26,702 nt of DNA from Gonapodya sp. JEL0774 (taxonomy: Eukaryota). Under the pieces are notes generated by a model. That model searched no databases. It saw only the letters and a list, made by a program, of their open reading frames with translations, and was not told the origin of the DNA. Of this stretch, positions 1-16,400 are shown in pieces. How positions within the stretch are numbered: the stretch's first letter is position 1; the number at the start of each line of letters is the position of its first letter. Both the position numbers and the translations under genes were made by a program. The DNA lies in NCBI GenBank assembly GCA_027604505.1, contig JADIIX010000094.1, positions 62,001-88,702 of the forward strand, in the 5' to 3' direction.

Positions 1-265
1 TGGGAAGGAGTGATTCATATTCTGAGGACGAAGCGAGCGGAGAGGGCAAGGTAGACGGAGTTGTTTTGGTGACAGGAAAGCAAGAACGAGAGCACGAGAG
101 AGAGTCTTCGGCGCGGACGGAAAGCGGTTGGGGTGGGTTCTGTTGGGTTGGGGGTTCTTGCAATCGGGGGTTTCTACTTGTCCAACCCACCAAGTTGCAC
201 GCACTCGCAATGATACTCACCGCGCTCTCGTCTAATATCCGCATCTACTGACCCAATCTTTGTAG

Positions 266-4034
<3,769 letters not shown>

Positions 4035-4204
4035 ATAAAATTGAATTCACAGTGATAAACCACATTTATGGAGAAAGGACGGGATCTGTCTGAGGTACGA
4101 GCAGGGTCCCAGCCTGAGTGTCCATCACCTGCCTCAACTGTGTGCGGGCTGGGTCTTTCCTTTCCAAAGACACTTGTCAAAAAACTCTGCCCGGAAACCT
4201 AGAA

Positions 4205-6076
4205 ATGGGGAATAAGTCTTCGAAGCGGGGTGGCGGGCTTGACGACTCTTCTTCAGGCCCCACTTCTCCGCATCCATCCACAGAGAACCCCGCTCGGACA
4301 CAATCTCCACAGTCACCTCCTCTTTCCCCTGCGCCTGCCCGACCCATTCAAAATGGTAGTACGCCTGCTGCTGCAGATGGGCTGAATCCCTCCGCGCTTT
4401 CGCAGCCACCGGGCATGGTGGGGGCTGCATCAACCCCGCCAGTGAATGGTGTCGCCACTCACACTCCATCAGAGGTTGCAGCCGTTGCTCCGACCGCGAT
4501 TCCCGAATCTTCCACGCTCACTTCTGCGTCTGGAAGCCAGCCTCCTGCATCACCTACCTCCCCCATGCGAACGTCACCAATCTTAATCTCCGCCCTCACC
4601 AATGCCTCATTACCACTTCCAGTCGCTCAGCAGCTCTCTATCCCCAATTCTACATTTTCTGCTGACACTGCATCTCCACTGAGCTCTTACATCAACCCCA
4701 CCCGCGCTGCCGAAATTTCCATTGACGATATTATCCAACGATTGTTGGGACAACGGAACGGAAAACCAGGAAAAGCTCTCCCTGTTAAGAATCAGGAGAT
4801 CATGTTTGTGTGCCAGAGAGCGCGAGAAGTGTTCTTGGACCAACCTATTTTGCTGGAATTGAATCCGCACCCGTCATTGACAATTTGTGGAGACATCCAT
4901 GGACAATATGAGGATCTGCTCCGCATTTTTGACCTCATGGGATACCCACCGGCTACCAATTACCTTTTTTTGGGCGACTACGTCGACCGAGGGAAACAGA
5001 GCTTGGAGACAATTTTGCTGCTATTCTGCTACAAGGTCAAGGTATGTTCTGACACGGCTTTAGACCCGTTGGATGTCCTTCTGAAGTTTGACTTCCTCCT
5101 ACCGAAGTATCCCGAGAACTTTTTTATCTTACGTGGGAATCACGAGAGTGCTTCTGTCAATCGAGGTTGGTTTCTATTATCTGCATCGGCATTCTGTTAT
5201 CTGCGCATTCAGGCTATTCAAATCTCTTTAGTTTACGGTTTCTATGACGAATGCAAACGGCGGTGCAACGTAAAGGTGTGGAAGGCGTTCACTGACGTAT
5301 TCAACTGCCTGCCTGTAGCTGCAGTGGTTGCCGGAAAAATATTCTGCGTGCACGGTGGTCTGTCTCCGAATTTGAATACGTGAGTTTGTCGCAGCGGCCA
5401 CCGAGTTCACTTGAACCTCGATACAGTTTTCTGCCGGAATGCACATAGAATGGACGACATTCGGAGCCTGGGCCGACCGACGGATGTACCGGACGTGGGA
5501 CTTTTGAATGGTGGGAAGTTATTCTGGGTTAAGAGTATATATAGTCTAATTGTATTTTTGCAGACTTGCTTTGGTCGGACCCGAGTGAGACAGCGGTGGA
5601 ATGGTGAGAGTCGAAAGGGAAGCATATTCCCCCTTCGATTGTTAGCCAACGGTTATTTCTTTCGTTCTGCATTTGCATTAGGGAGGATAGTGAACGTGGA
5701 GTCTCGTATTGTTTTGGGAAGCAGGTCGTCCAGGATTTCTTGCAAAAAAACGACTTCGACCTGGTGTGCCGGGCGCACATGATTGTAGAGGATGGTTATG
5801 AGTTTTTCGGGAACCGGGTGCTCGTAACAGTGTTCAGCGCACCCAATTACTGCGGGGAATTTGACAACAATGGAGCGGTTATGCAAGTGAACGGTGCGCA
5901 TTGTCCGTTTCTTTTCGGTCGTTGTTGGACTGCTTTTCATTGTGTTTCCCGCTCACCTGATTTTCCCGTCAGAGGAGCTGCTGTGTTCCTTTGAGATATT
6001 GACACCGATGACAGTGACTAAGAAACATAACATGCGGAAGAGACGGGTATCGCCCCCTCAGATATTATCTGAATAA
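4205..6076 (+). CDS. PPZ1: PP1-like Ser/Thr protein phosphatase, PPZ type (myristoylation-type N-terminus, S/P-rich linker)
   Basis: ATG at 4205 gives MGNKSSK. PPP motifs present: [57 protein letters not shown]. Introns 5042-5107, 5166-5231, 5380-5448, 5511-5563, 5604-5681, 5894-5972; stop TAA 6074-6076. The PPZ (rather than GLC7) call rests on the MGN..SK extension and RAHM. Confidence 0.88.
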
Positions 6077-6217
6077 TTACTTTGTTGAATATGAATCTCT
6101 TGGCATGAGAGACTGGTGACGTTTTGTGACCAGAAAGCTTTTTGTCGGGGCACGGCAACCCTGGTGGCATGAGCCCCTTCTTCTTCAACCACAAATCACC
6201 GGTAGAACCCGAACATT

Positions 6218-8099
6218 ATGACGCGGCCATCTGTAGCTGAGAAGATTCAGGCCTTGGCGAAGGAAAACGGGGTGCCCTTGGAGTCCCCCACTTTGGCAAC
6301 GATGCTGGACCGCTCTGATCCCATCGCCACTCTTCGAAATGAATTTGAAATCCCTCTCATCAAAGATGTAGCTGATCCACAATCTGAAGGTTCGTCGTGG
6401 CGTGATCGTCATCAGATGTGCACTATTTCTCAAACTCATTAACCACAGATGGTAATAACGAGAGCATCTATTTGTGCGGGAACTCTCTTGGTCTGCTGCC
6501 AAAGGGAACGAAAACTCTTCTGTCGCAGGAGCTTGATGCATGGAGCCGAAAGTAGGCATTCTGTGGACTGTGTTGGGCGCTCGGGTAACACCTTTGAAAC
6601 TACGTTAGAGGTGTCCATGGACACTTTGACCACCCTTACAAACGACCTTGGGTAACTGTCGACGAAGAAGTGGTGGCAAAGAGCTGCCCCATTGTCGGAG
6701 CAGCGACTCTGAGCGAGGTAGCCATAATGGGGACCCTAACCATGAACATTCACCTGATGATGGTACGATTCCAAGCGAAACAACAAATTGTGTCTTGCTC
6801 ATATCGACCGTTATCCACTCCAAGGTGGCGTTTTATAAACCCACGACCACTCGCTTCAAGATTTTGTTGGAAGAGAAAGCCTTCCCCTCCGATCATGTAA
6901 GAGAGAGCAAATGCCTATTGACTCACGCATTTGAGCGAAACCTCTTTGTTGAAACTCTCGTCAGTTCGCCGTGGAGTCTCAGATCAAGTTTCATGGTTTC
7001 AATCCCACCGATGCACTGGTGCTTGTCAAACCACGGCCCGGTGCACACATTATATCTACAGAGGATATCCTTAGCGTCATTGAGGAGCATGGAGAGTCCA
7101 TAGCATTGGTTCTGTGGCCTGGAATTCAATACTATACTGGGCAGCTGTTTGACATGGCAACCATCGCCAAAGCTGCACACGCGAAGGTAATGCAAATTGG
7201 AGTCGGCTTATATAGCGAGTATTAACTTGAATTTGCGTACAGGGTTCCTTTGTTGGATTTGACCTTGCACATGCTGTCGGAAATGTGATTCTGAAGTTGC
7301 ATGAATGGGAAGCTGACTTTGCTTGTTGGGTCAGTGCTCCTGTCATTGAAAGAAGGATTTTGGAAATAACTGATTTACCTTCGTTTCCCTTTGAAAAGTG
7401 CACATACAAGTACCTGAACTCAGGCCCGGGAGGTATCGGTTGGTTCACTTGAGCGACGAATACTCGTCTTATCTGTCAATTGGTGGCCCTTGATTTATTC
7501 TGTAACTTCTCAGGTGGATTGTTCGTGCATGAAAAGTATGCAACCGATACTGAGCGATCACGGTGCGTAGAACGATTCGGGGTTAACGAACAGCATTAAT
7601 CCATGGTGCTTTCCATTTTGGTAGGTTTGCTGGCTGGTGGGGCCATGATAAATCATCTAGATTTGAGATGGACACTAAGTTTCTCCCTCTACCTGGTGCT
7701 GCTGGCTACCAACAGTCCAATCCTAACGTCTTAGCAACAACTGCACTTCTGGGGTCACTGAACGTGTTTGAGAAAACTTCAATGGAGCAACTTCGAGAGA
7801 AGTCGGAACTGCTCACTGGCTATCTGACCACATTATTACTCGATGGTTTGGGAGGCGCAGACTTTGTCATTATTACACCTGAGGATCCAACGCAACGTGG
7901 GTCTCAGCTCTCTCTACTATTTAGGACAAATGTGGGCCCAATTTTTGAGCGATTGTTAAAGAAGGGCGTAGTTTGTGATAAAAGGGAGCCAAATGTGATT
8001 AGGGTTGCGCCAGCGCCTTTGTACAACAACTTCATGGATGTTTGGAGATTTGTCAGTGCTTTGAAAGAAGTTTTGAAGGACCATTACGTGCTCCTCTAA
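6218..8099 (+). CDS. BNA5: Kynureninase (PLP-dependent, de novo NAD synthesis), spliced
   Basis: Spliced motifs [78 protein letters not shown] (PLP lysine), [26 protein letters not shown]; stop at 8099. Confidence 0.96.
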
Positions 8100-8235
8100 T
8101 ACATGTATCTTTTGGACAGCGTATGAAAAATTGTTCATCGGAGGGACGATCAGAGTCGAAACTATTACAATTATGTGGTTATCTCGTTTCGTGCATGGAT
8201 ACTTCCTCATGTGTAGGTATGGCATATTCCATTCA

Positions 8236-10363
8236 TCAGTCACTGAAGGGATCCACACCATGATTCCCCAGTGCAAGTTCCCAAGGCAAGATGTTTGATT
8301 CCGTTGGTGACCCTGATTCTGACGGTGGACGAGATCGAAATGGATCGATCTCAGGTGAACTGCGTGCGAGGAAAGGATCATCCAACGTGCCATCGGAGTG
8401 GAAGGAATGTGCATGGTTAACACCGGGCTTGGGTACATCAAGGGAATCCGCTGCAGTGAACTCTAGATCGCTGCGGTGAAGAGCTCCGGGTGTTTCACTG
8501 GTGGGGCTTTCCAATGCCGTTCTCGGGAGAAAAGGCCTATCCAGATTACGGGTGCATACACCAATGTTCAGGATATCGGTGCATTCCAACGCAATTCTTT
8601 CCGCTACCCTCCTACTCGTTTCGTCAACATCACCTTCCCCTGCCATACGAACAGCCTCAACGAGAATTCGCACTTCCTGAACTTTGTACCCCATCTCTCG
8701 TAAGTCAGTTTGCCCAAATAGAGCCCCTAGAACACGCAAATATGCCGCTCGAAGTGAACCCTGACTCATTTCGAGGTTGGGAGCTTCACGGAGAATAACG
8801 TCAAGGACGACACGAAGATCATTAGGGTAGAGAAAGTGAACGAGAGTAGGATGGGTGAAGAGAACGTAGAAAACTTTGAGAATTTTGAGTTGCAATTGGG
8901 GGTCCTCTGCAATCAGGGTGCTTGAAAGCTCTGGAGTGAATCGTAGCGCTGCTTGGCAGTCGTCCACATACCGCCACGATTGAAGATAAAGACCAGATTC
9001 TCTGAGAGAGTCTTGGATCTTCCTGCTCTTTGCTCCAGTGTGGCGAGCACCAGATTCGTCGTTCGCGCAACCAGAAATTGCTCGTTAAGTGAAACCTGAT
9101 CGGATTCTTCATTAGCACTTGAAACCGCCGATACCGAAGCAAGAATGGCCCACCATCAGTCCCACGATTGCATAACAATCGGATTCATCGTTCCTCTTCT
9201 CTTCCACGAGATCACACAGGTAGTTGAGAAACCCCTCATCAAAAAGAGCTTGGTGGACTCAGTAATCGAACCTAGACCGCGAACATATAGCAGTGAGCCT
9301 GGCTCACTCACTGAGCTCTGCGAGTGAAAGGCGTCCTACAAAGCGGACGCATTCGTACAGTAGGCGAATTGCCGGCGACTGCCCAAGTACCCCTTCGTAC
9401 AGCAGAAGGAGTGGGCAATGTTCACGGCGTCTACTCAATAAAGTTACAACCACGAAACCGTGAAACATACCACTTAGCAGCTTCACATCCTCCCGTAGTT
9501 TCTGGAGTCCGCCATTGTCCCGAAATACCCCGAATACGTTCTTGGGAAACTGAATTGCAGGCTCTTCCCCGCCAATGGGAATCATTGAGGGACTCTCTGT
9601 CCCAGATTTGACTGCCTGAAGGCTTCCCAGTGCTAAAATTAGAGTATAGAGGATGCACATGTGGCTTTCGAACGAGGGTGGAGATTGTTGGGGGGTGATC
9701 TGAGAATCGGAGTCAGAAAGAACGGCATGGAGTTCTGCAGGTCGCTCCGCATTGATTCGTGATACTGAGAGAGCCTTTTGCACGAGCCACGAGGTTAGCA
9801 GGGCCTCCAGTCCCACCGCTGGTTCACATGTTTCCTCCCCAACCCCGACCACAGCATCCCATCTAGCCTCAGAACACTCCAATTGCATCACCAAAAAGCA
9901 TATTCCATCAATTGCGTCTGTTGTTGCGGGATGGACCTGGTGGTCCAATGTCTTTGCAATAGCGTTTACGACCCTGCCCATGGCTAAGTCTATGGATATG
10001 GGGTTGTCAGCCGTCGCGAGGATTTGCATTAGGTCTAATAAGATGTTAAAGTGACAATTTGACGAAGAAATGAGGCTGAAAGGCGCGAAAATCACTGGAC
10101 GCGGCAAGCAACCTTTCCTCAGCATGTTAAATCCATCTGCACCACCATCTCCATCTCCATCTCTACTGTTTGTGTCCCGTTCGTCCCACTTCGTGTAGTA
10201 ATGGAGCTCTCGGTCTCGATCGCACATGAAATTAGCGATTCGTTCAAACATGAGGAATGGGTTCTGCTGTGGTCCAAGCACAAGCAAGACTGCGTGAGTT
10301 AGTCAGCTCCTGTTTCATTTAAAACAAACCTGCGCGTGCCCCGGTTGGTCTCCAGCTTCGCAT
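8236..10363 (-). CDS. LDB17: Ldb17/Dip1/SPIN90 (WISH/DIP) family Arp2/3 activator, DUF2013-type domain
   Basis: Minus-strand spliced peptides AIRLLYECVRFVGRLSLAEL, LFDEGFLNYLCDLVE, VSLNEQFL, KTLSENLVFIFNRG, DPQLQLKILKVFYVLFT, FLYPNDLRVVLDVILRE match the family pattern as I recall it. The start at 10363 assumes exon 10363-10330 and intron 10329-10290 (GTTTGT...GCTGACTAAC...CAG); an alternative ATG lies at 10251. Confidence 0.85.
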
Positions 10364-10445
10364 CCATATCGACGTTGCTCAGTTTTTAGCACAGTTTCGG
10401 GCTGAGACCACGGCTGCAGCCGTTCATGCACTTAGTCAGACAGAG
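10364..10445. promoter_or_regulatory. Putative very compact bidirectional promoter region between LDB17 and CSF1
   Basis: Divergent predicted ATGs at 10363 (-) and 10446 (+). Inferred from the gene models only; no core promoter motif identified. Confidence 0.5.
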
Positions 10446-13400
10446 ATGGCGAGCGAACAGATTCTCAATACTACCGTTGGTGAGCCCCCTTGTTATTCCC
10501 GGTTCTTCCTTGTGCTCTACTGAACACGGCGTGTATCTTGCTGGATCGGCCACGGGCCAACACCCGACCCCAACTTCAATCACCCGATTCGCAGACCCTG
10601 AGGTCGCTCTATGGACCTTCTTCGTGTACTGCCTGGTCGTCGTCTTAGTCGCCGTGTTCATTCTGTTTTACATGAACAGAATCATCGCTCAGGTTGTGTC
10701 CCGAATCATTCGACTTTATACCTGGAAGCGTTACAATGCAATGGTTGAGATTGGTGAGTGATATTTGGTCCATAAGAAACATTAGACTCAGCACTCGGCA
10801 TTCGGGGTGCTGTTTTCAAACCAAAGTGGAATACAGAAACCGTTGATGATAACTTCGAATGAGATCCCACTTGTGGAAGGGTTTGCTGGTTTTGCAGCTG
10901 ATCATGGGAGGTTGTTGTTGTCGTTCGGACATTGACAAACAATCGACTATTCGGATGGGGGGTGTACTCTTGGAGTTGTACGGAATATCGCCTGACGACT
11001 GCTACCTTACACGTACCGAGAGCATGCCCTCAGTCTCATAATGCGTATCCTAGAATCTTTCTCTATTAGCCCCCTCTCCGGAAAATTCTTTTTCCGCAAT
11101 CTGCGCTACCAGTCGCGTAATGAATCTTTCCATGTGTTCAGGGGTTACATCGTTTTTCGACATTGGTTAGGCAAAGTCGCCGCAAATGAGACCGATTTAG
11201 GTATGTAGTTGGTACTTCAAGGGGAATCAAGTTGTGCTGGGATCTAGATCGACAATCGTCACCATCATTCCATCGCCATCCGACTCACTTCAATGACTTA
11301 TCCGTTGCACCCTGGTCGGTCCCCCTCCCATCAGGCCTCCCGTGCCGATTCGGCCTTTACCTCGAAGGTTTTGAATGGTTTATATATAACAGGTCACCTG
11401 CGTACGACTACTTGCAGGAATTTCTAAGGAAGACCGGCGAGACTGCTCAGGGTTTACAGGGAAACAAGTGCGGAGCTGATGAGGCAGTGTCAGGTAAGCG
11501 AAACCAATTTTTTCCCATCTCGGACAGAAACAATGGAATTTTTCAAATTTTGTGACGGGGCGTTATCTCACTCACACCTCTTCCACATTGCCAAAGTTGA
11601 TGACCCTCAAACTACAAGCCTTCTCGACAAATCTTCAAAAGATCGATTCTTTCGCTCGCTTCTACCCCTGGACATTGAAGCATTGACGGGGGCCGTGGTG
11701 CTAGGTAATCCAGATTTGGCAACAATTTTGGTGTTTCAGTTTGAGGAGGCAAAGGGGATGTACAGAGCAATCAGTGTGGGTACTTCATTATGAAAGGAGT
11801 TCTTGTGGATTCATTAATGTGGATTGCTACACTCTATTGTCACATTTATGTCACCAACTGTTCACTCACACAGTCTGTGTCCCAATACGACTACTACAAG
11901 AGTGTGTTGAACTTGACATTCACCAAGCCCAATATGCAATTGCGGGCAAATGTAGACTATAGGGAGCCGTTGCTCACACAAGCAGCAAGATGGAGAATGC
12001 AGGAGTGAGTAGGTGTGAATGACTAAAGAATCAACATGTCTCACTTTATGTATTTCTGTTTAGACGTCATACTCGTGTAATGTCACGTGTCACCTCTTTT
12101 CTTGAAAACATCTCCATTTTTGAAACATCTGGCACAATGGGGGGAGGCCCAAACCCTGCTTCAGTCAGAGGCAAGCACGGGGGCGCAACATGGGCTGGTC
12201 TCTCCCGTTACAAGAAGCTTGAGACAGAAGCAGAGAGACTTAAGAGGTTTCTGGAACAGTATGCCAGAGTATCAACAGTGGTAGAAGCACCACAGTTAAA
12301 GTTGACTTATTATGTTGATATTGCTGGTAAGTCAGGTTATCTGAAGGTTCTTGTTAGAGATAAAAAGGCAAGAAGCAAGTCTTATATTGCTATCCTCCAG
12401 GCCCTGTCCCACCTTGTCCAAACCCAAGTTTGTCACCGGAGAATACACACTTTGGCAATGGTGACCTAAGTCCAGAATGGGGTGTGGAATTGACATTCAA
12501 AGATGTCATTGTTCATTATGGCCCTTGGGCTGACCGACAGCGTATTGCTTTACAAAGGTTCTTCTTTCCTCCATCATTTCGGGACCTTGAATGTACACCC
12601 AATTTGCTGCCAGGGGAGACTCGCATCCACTTGGCATTGAACTGGTTGATTAAGTTTGAGGGAAGCACCACCATGAGAGTGCCAATGCGAGAAGGAAGTA
12701 AGGATTGGAGGTATTACAAGTACCTTTCAGGTTCAGATGTACCTGCTGTATCAGCATCTCGGCCGTATGGTTGGCTTGACTTCAAGTTTAAGAATGACTC
12801 ATTCATTTTGTGGTCAATTCCAATGGCAAATAGTCTGGAAGGCTACGTCAGCAAGATGGAATGTCACTTGTCCAACATGAATATGACAAGTAGCTTGAAT
12901 TATGCCTCACTTGTGTCTGCTAAAACAGTTGAAGTGAGTAGTCTTGTTTTGTGTTGCTTTAAATCATACCAAAGAGTTTCCATAATGCCCCAAGATTCAA
13001 TTAAGTATGCCAGGGCCTTTAAAGTGGAATGGCATGAGGACATGGACTTGCAATATAAGACTTGAAGAACCAGTGCTGTTTCTGCTGAGAGACCACATTA
13101 CTCTGCTTCAAGATCTTATTATTGATTGGAATTCAGATTATTCTGTGGAAGCATCAAACTTCTGCCCCACAGATTACAGAATCAATTTGAACTTACAGGA
13201 CTTTCGCCTTTACTTGTGTGTTAATGATTGCAATGTTATTGATCAACCAAATGATTTGAATGAAAATTGTGAGTGTGTATGAGTAATCTTTCTTCTCTTG
13301 AAGCAAGTAAACCTTGTTACCTGGGTATGGAAAGCTTATGTGGTCCTTGGTGGCCCTGACCTTGAAGCCTCAGTACTGATAGTGTCATCAAAATTTGATC

Positions 13401-16400
13401 CACCTCAAGTCACAATTCCTTTTAAATTGACTGTAAGATTCTTCACACAGTAGTTGTGATCCATGCCTCATGTAGTCTCCATGGTTATCACAGATTGAAA
13501 AGGGATGGGGTCAATTTTTGTTTCCAGGAACAAGCACAATTGGGTCAAACTTTGTTGATCCGATGGACACAAAGGTGATCACAGCTCAAAGAATTGATTT
13601 ATATGGCAGATACAGCTACTGGAATGAGTTTAAAGCTGACCGCACAGATGAGCTAATTATGAATGTTGGGGTGAGTTAGCATGTGAGAGCAGGAGACCTG
13701 CTTTAATATTCCTCACTCATATTTTAGGGTGATGGAATCCACCTAAAGCTATACGGCTTTGTTGTCACATATATTCTCATTCTGAAAGAGAATTATTTGG
13801 GTTCCTCATTGTCTTTTTTGACAGTTGATGAATATAGGAAACGTATGGCAGATCCAGTTCATGCTGAGGAACAAAAGAAATATCAGGGGTTTGCCAAGGG
13901 CAATTCAAATTTTTTTGATGTCCGCATTGATCTTGGTATCCATGATTTCACAGTTCTATTGCCAGAAAACCTTTATTCTTGCTCACAATACTCAACTATC
14001 CACACACAGGAGATCAAGGTAGATTTACGTACAAATGATTCATATATGGGTCAGTTATTTTCTTTACACTCTTTTTTTACACCACTACGCAAATTTAAAT
14101 TTGCTCTCTGTACTCAGATGTCACCACCAATTCTAGCCCTTTATGTTGGACTTACAGCAAAGAGTCTGAGTCTCCAATGACACAGATTGTTGGACAACCA
14201 GGTGGCACTACTATACTTGTGGAGGATTTTTACTTGCATGCACACAGGTTGTTTGGACCTCAACCTGAAAATGCTGTATATGCAGTGGATTATCAAATTT
14301 GCGGGAGCTCCATCCAAGGAGAGATCCAACCTGCTTTTGTGCTTCATATTCTAGCATTTTCAAGGGCCTTTGCTGTTCACCTTGCAGACTTAGAAAACAT
14401 TATAGTGCCTAGACCTACATTGAATGACTTCACCTCTGCCCATATATTTGTGAGCACTGCACATCTCTTGCTGTGGGGTGCAAATAGCTGCACATTACTT
14501 GAGCTGAAGAATGGCTTGGAGCTCCAATACAACAATTTGGTATCTTGTATGCAAACATCAAGGGTAGAACTCCTGGTACCATCAGTTCTTGCCTACCTTC
14601 TTGTGTCAGATTCTGATAAAGGGTTATCAGTGAGTTACTTGTCACCACCCCTGCCAATTGATATGGAGTGCAAAATAACTTATAAAATTTTCCTGAAGGT
14701 CTCAGAGGAACTTTGGAAGGAAGTTGCTTATTGCAAATCTGGCATGGAAATCTCCATGTTTGAGGGAACATCAGATTGGAAATTGAAACAAGAACAGCAA
14801 TGTCACTACTTAGTACAAAATGATAAAATGAGTCAGAGATGCACCTATCTCTATTTGAGGGACTCTTACAACATTGAAGGTATTTACATTTTAATACACT
14901 CACATTATTTGTTCTGATCACTAATAATTGAGTAGTTTTAAAATCAACTTTGAAGCTATATGAGGCAGAAAACACAAATACTCACTTCTTGCCTAAGTTT
15001 TCTGCTCCAGCTGGTCAGTCCTTACCTCTCATTAGCAAAACAAAATATCTGACCAGTTTATGATTAGTCCCCAATCCATTCTTTAAAGGGTCATTTGTGG
15101 AATATGGGAGGAGTATATCTGAACTTAATCTTGGAGGAATAGGATTTCGACAGAAATATACTTCTGAGGACATAGTACAATTGTGAGTGTCAAGCGAGGT
15201 TTGGGAAAGGTAGGATGTCCCACAACAAATGCTCTTTGCAGACCTGATTTGACACAACATGTTCCTGATAGTGAGTCATATCTCATCAATTGAATTGCAT
15301 TTACTAACCAGGGCTGTGGTTTTAGCTTATCAACATGGTATCAAACACCAAGGTGTGAATGATAAACTGCCCTATGAAGCATACCTCCAACAGTTTGTGT
15401 ACCATTCCACTAACAATTTGGACAATAGTCCAATATTTGTTGTCAACAGCTTCCCAGGGTTTCTTCCTGTTAATGTGAGTACACAGATCAAACATCTCAA
15501 ATTAGATTAAATATTTTACATCTGTCCCATTCCCAGCACAGTTTAGTGGACATGCGGAATGAAATTTTCAGTAAAACCAACAATAGCAACAAGCATGACT
15601 GCCATGAACATAAATTGTTTCATATCATTCACTCTGATAGTGGAATATGGTGTCAATCCTCATTTTCTGTCTACCCCACAATCTTGATGCTGACACCAGC
15701 ATGTTTTCAAATACTGGAAGACCTCATCAAAAATTTAGGATCTCAGGTGTGCATCCTTCTGTTTGGAAAGTCTGTCATGTTGCACTGAACAATGTCACTG
15801 TCACCTGAAAAGCATCCACAGAACTTTGAGACTGAAATTGATAAAATCCACTTTGAAACTCTCCAGTTGCAAGAATCTGTTAGAGCAAAGGTGCAACAAT
15901 CAATAAACACATCAGGCATCTGCATTGACCTCAGTGCTGCAAATGTTATAGTTCTTCAGGACGTGACATTCCCTGAGGACCACACTCTGGTAGATGATCC
16001 AATTAATCAGATTCACAAAGCTACAAATTATTCAAGTGCAAGGTTATCATTACTGGATGTGTCAATCAAATCCATGACTGCGACTTTGGCAGTCACAGTT
16101 GAAGACAATCCCCTGACCTTAACCAAGAAGATTGTTAGTAGCACTGCTGATGGTGCTGTGAATTCCATCAAAGCCAGTGTTCGCTACTTTAATGAGGCTG
16201 AGGAAGCAAATATTTCAGGGCTACCAGAAGATTCAAATAATAACATGTTGGGACTTATGGGGTTTGGACGTTTAGACAGTGTTCCTGTTGTTCTGGATCT
16301 CCTCTCTATTCCTTTGCAGTGGGTATTGCAATTTCAGGATTCAAGCAACACAAAACCTGCATTGCAATCTATGTTTTATGTTGGAAATATAAGATTGGCT

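Noticed and set aside
66..251. ORF ending in SNIRIY as the GEM1 first exon
   Set aside because: It ends in TGA with no donor and overlaps the branch point and acceptor of the intron ending at 265.
4118..5383. 421-aa ORF suggesting a phosphatase with insertions in the catalytic domain
   Set aside because: The extra peptides are two in-frame, stop-free 66-nt GT-AG introns (5042-5107, 5166-5231), and the real start is ATG 4205.
10426..10761. ATG 10426 as the CSF1 start
   Set aside because: ATG 10446 with a canonical GTGAGC...GCAG intron gives a more typical short N-terminus before the TM helix. ATG 10426 is not fully excluded.
15181..15186. Apparent in-frame TGA suggesting CSF1 is a pseudogene
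   Set aside because: The TGA lies in a GTGAGT donor (intron 15183-15241); the frame resumes correctly in the small exon 15242-15270.
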